From Callorhinchus milii (taxonomy: Eukaryota), in contig NW_024704743.1 of NCBI RefSeq assembly GCF_018977255.1, positions 112,406,001 to 112,470,000 of the forward strand: a stretch of DNA of 64,000 nt, in the 5' to 3' direction. Below the pieces are notes generated by a model that saw only the letters and a program-made list of their open reading frames with translations, was not told where the DNA came from and did not search any database. Positions within the stretch are counted from its first letter, which is position 1; the number at the start of each line of letters is the position of its first letter. Made by a program: the position numbers and the translations under genes. Below, piece by piece: positions 61,903 through 64,000 of the stretch.

Positions 61903-64000
61903 AAATAGAATGAGCCAGCCTTATACACTTCCGATCTGGATAGCACTCCATTACTACACACACTGGAATCTATTGGATTTATTGGATTAACACAAAAAAA
62001 AAACTCTGAACAACACTGTGGCGTTATTAAAAATGAACAATCATTCAGGGAAACAATGCAAAAGATGTTTTAACTCCTAGTAATATCAATTTAGTTACAA
62101 AAAAAAATTCATCAAAGGCTGAGGCTTGGCACAGCAGATGCTGCTTTATGCCAGCGCCTAATATAATGCACACTTTGTTCCCTGCACTCTTGGTGGTGCT
62201 GTCGTCCTGAGCATACTGAGCAGTTTCCAGACAACAGAGAGGCTCCTTTCAGAAATGCCATTTATTTTAATTATAAACCAAAGCCTTTTTTTGTGCGGAG
62301 TATTCGATAGTCAGGCGGCTTTTCTTTCTGATATGAAGCGTGCTGCAAAACATTTTGGCTTTCTGACACACAACTAATATTCCTGCAAGAAAAAAATCAT
62401 ATAATTGGAAGTGACTCATACTGCATTCTTTCCTGGTACTGTAATAATAACAATATAATCCATTTTGTATTGCGCATTGTGGGTCAGGAGATGTCTCAAA
62501 GCGCTTTACAGGGTATAAATTGTAGTGACTGTGAGTTTTTTGGGCAACGGGGCAACGACAACAACTCACAGTTATCAAGTGTCTATCACACAGGATACTG
62601 TCTCAGAACACTTAGCAGTGGGAGCCAATCGATGAAAAGTTAATAAAATACAAACTGGACCAAGTAATGGTCTAAAGTCTCTGTGACTCGCATTTGCATT
62701 CTCTGTATTACACAGGAGTTTTTGGTTCCATACTGTATTTACTCTGTCATTCAACTTCAATCATACCCTTAAACTTTCCCACAAAATCCACAAAGTCATC
62801 TAACTTTATAGCAGAATTTGTGAAGCGCTTTGAGATGTCTCGACAATATAATAAGGCGCTATATCAAATTCAAGGATTATTTTTATTATTGTTAACCATT
62901 GTCTTGCTGAAAGCCCAAATTCAAGCACTTATCTTACACACAACCATATCACCAACACAGCCACACATGCATTTCAACAACTGCTGTTCTGATCATATTG
63001 TTGAGAACAGTTAGTTAATACCTGCTGCTGTCAATCCCACTGGGTACCTGATACCATCTCACTTAGCATGAAAACTCTACTAATATTTAAAATCAGTAAC
63101 AATGACGGGGAAGCACCAAAACAAAACAAAATATTTTGAATTCAAGCACTATTCAAGCATTATTGAAGTAAACTTTCAAGTTGAATTTTGTTATTATTTT
63201 AACCTGCAAGTTACCCACTGCTATTGCAGAGACTGTAAACAGAGGGTACGAGCAACTTTGTGGCGAGTCCTTTCACTAAACTCTCTCTTTTAGATAAACA
63301 ATAATTCGTTACTTGCATTTATATCAAGACCTTCACACAGGTTAGGGACAAATAGATCATCTATGCAGCTACTTCTTTGAAATGAAACATTCAAATCAAT
63401 ATTACTAAATAAGCGGTTTATTTGCTACCACTTCTAAGCAAAGAACAGTCTCTACTGGCTATTTTGTTTGAAAACTGAAATAACAGTCAAATGTCCATTT
63501 ATAGAACCAATATTTTTTGCCTAGAAATACAGTCCAGCTTTGTTTGAGGGACAACTGAAAGCACAGCTGACAGCAAGGTTTATTTATTTCAATCCATTTA
63601 TCACCAGATCTGCAGTCCTCCAGTGGGTTCAAATTACCTTCACATAAATAAAATCATGTCATGGTCTACATCTAGGTCATACACATATTGAATATGGAGT
63701 AGTACCAAAGTAAAGTACAGCAGTGTGGCTCAGTATTCTGCACTTACTGATATTACAATTCCTTGGAAATTGGACAGTTTGCAAATGTTCAATTGCAAAG
63801 ATGAGCAGATTTGTGTACGGTACGCTTATCCGTTAAAGCTGCAAGTGCAATCAAATGAGCACTTGTGATCAACTGTAAAAACGATATTGTATCACAGCAC
63901 ACTATTATACACAGCATCATGTTATATTACAGCAAATCATTTGAATATGTATAGGTTTTACACCCATCTTTGATGCACCACCATAATGTCAATATGAGAT

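Noticed and set aside
53120-64000. First coding exon of CRISPLD1 (signal peptide to NMEYM)
   Set aside because: No matching minus-strand sequence was found by eye. The AATATGGAG at ~63692 is on the wrong strand and is followed by a stop.

Overview
Eukaryotic (vertebrate) genomic DNA. The repeat landscape (L2 and CR1 LINEs, tRNA-derived Deu-domain SINEs) suggests a cartilaginous fish, possibly a chimaera; this is an inference. The right half holds 13 GT-AG coding exons of a minus-strand CRISPLD1 gene (CAP domain plus two LCCL domains; 1266 nt in the window, stop at 30434-30436). The signal-peptide exon was not found and is inferred to lie beyond 64000. The left half appears intergenic. It contains an apparently full-length, ORF1-less L2 LINE with an uninterrupted APE+RT frame (9-~3378, minus). 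It also contains a solo LTR with a 4-bp TSD (8497-9404) inside one arm of an old inverted duplication, and a SINE-CR1-SINE chimera with a snap-back hairpin at its internal deletion. Dozens of SINE, L2 and CR1 fragments fill the rest. Almost all short ORFs in the supplied track are repeat-derived or spurious. I see no evidence of a wholly new gene system; the best leads concern retroelement biology and template-switch scars. Family names and protein comparisons come from recall, not database searches, and repeat boundaries are approximate unless stated as exact.
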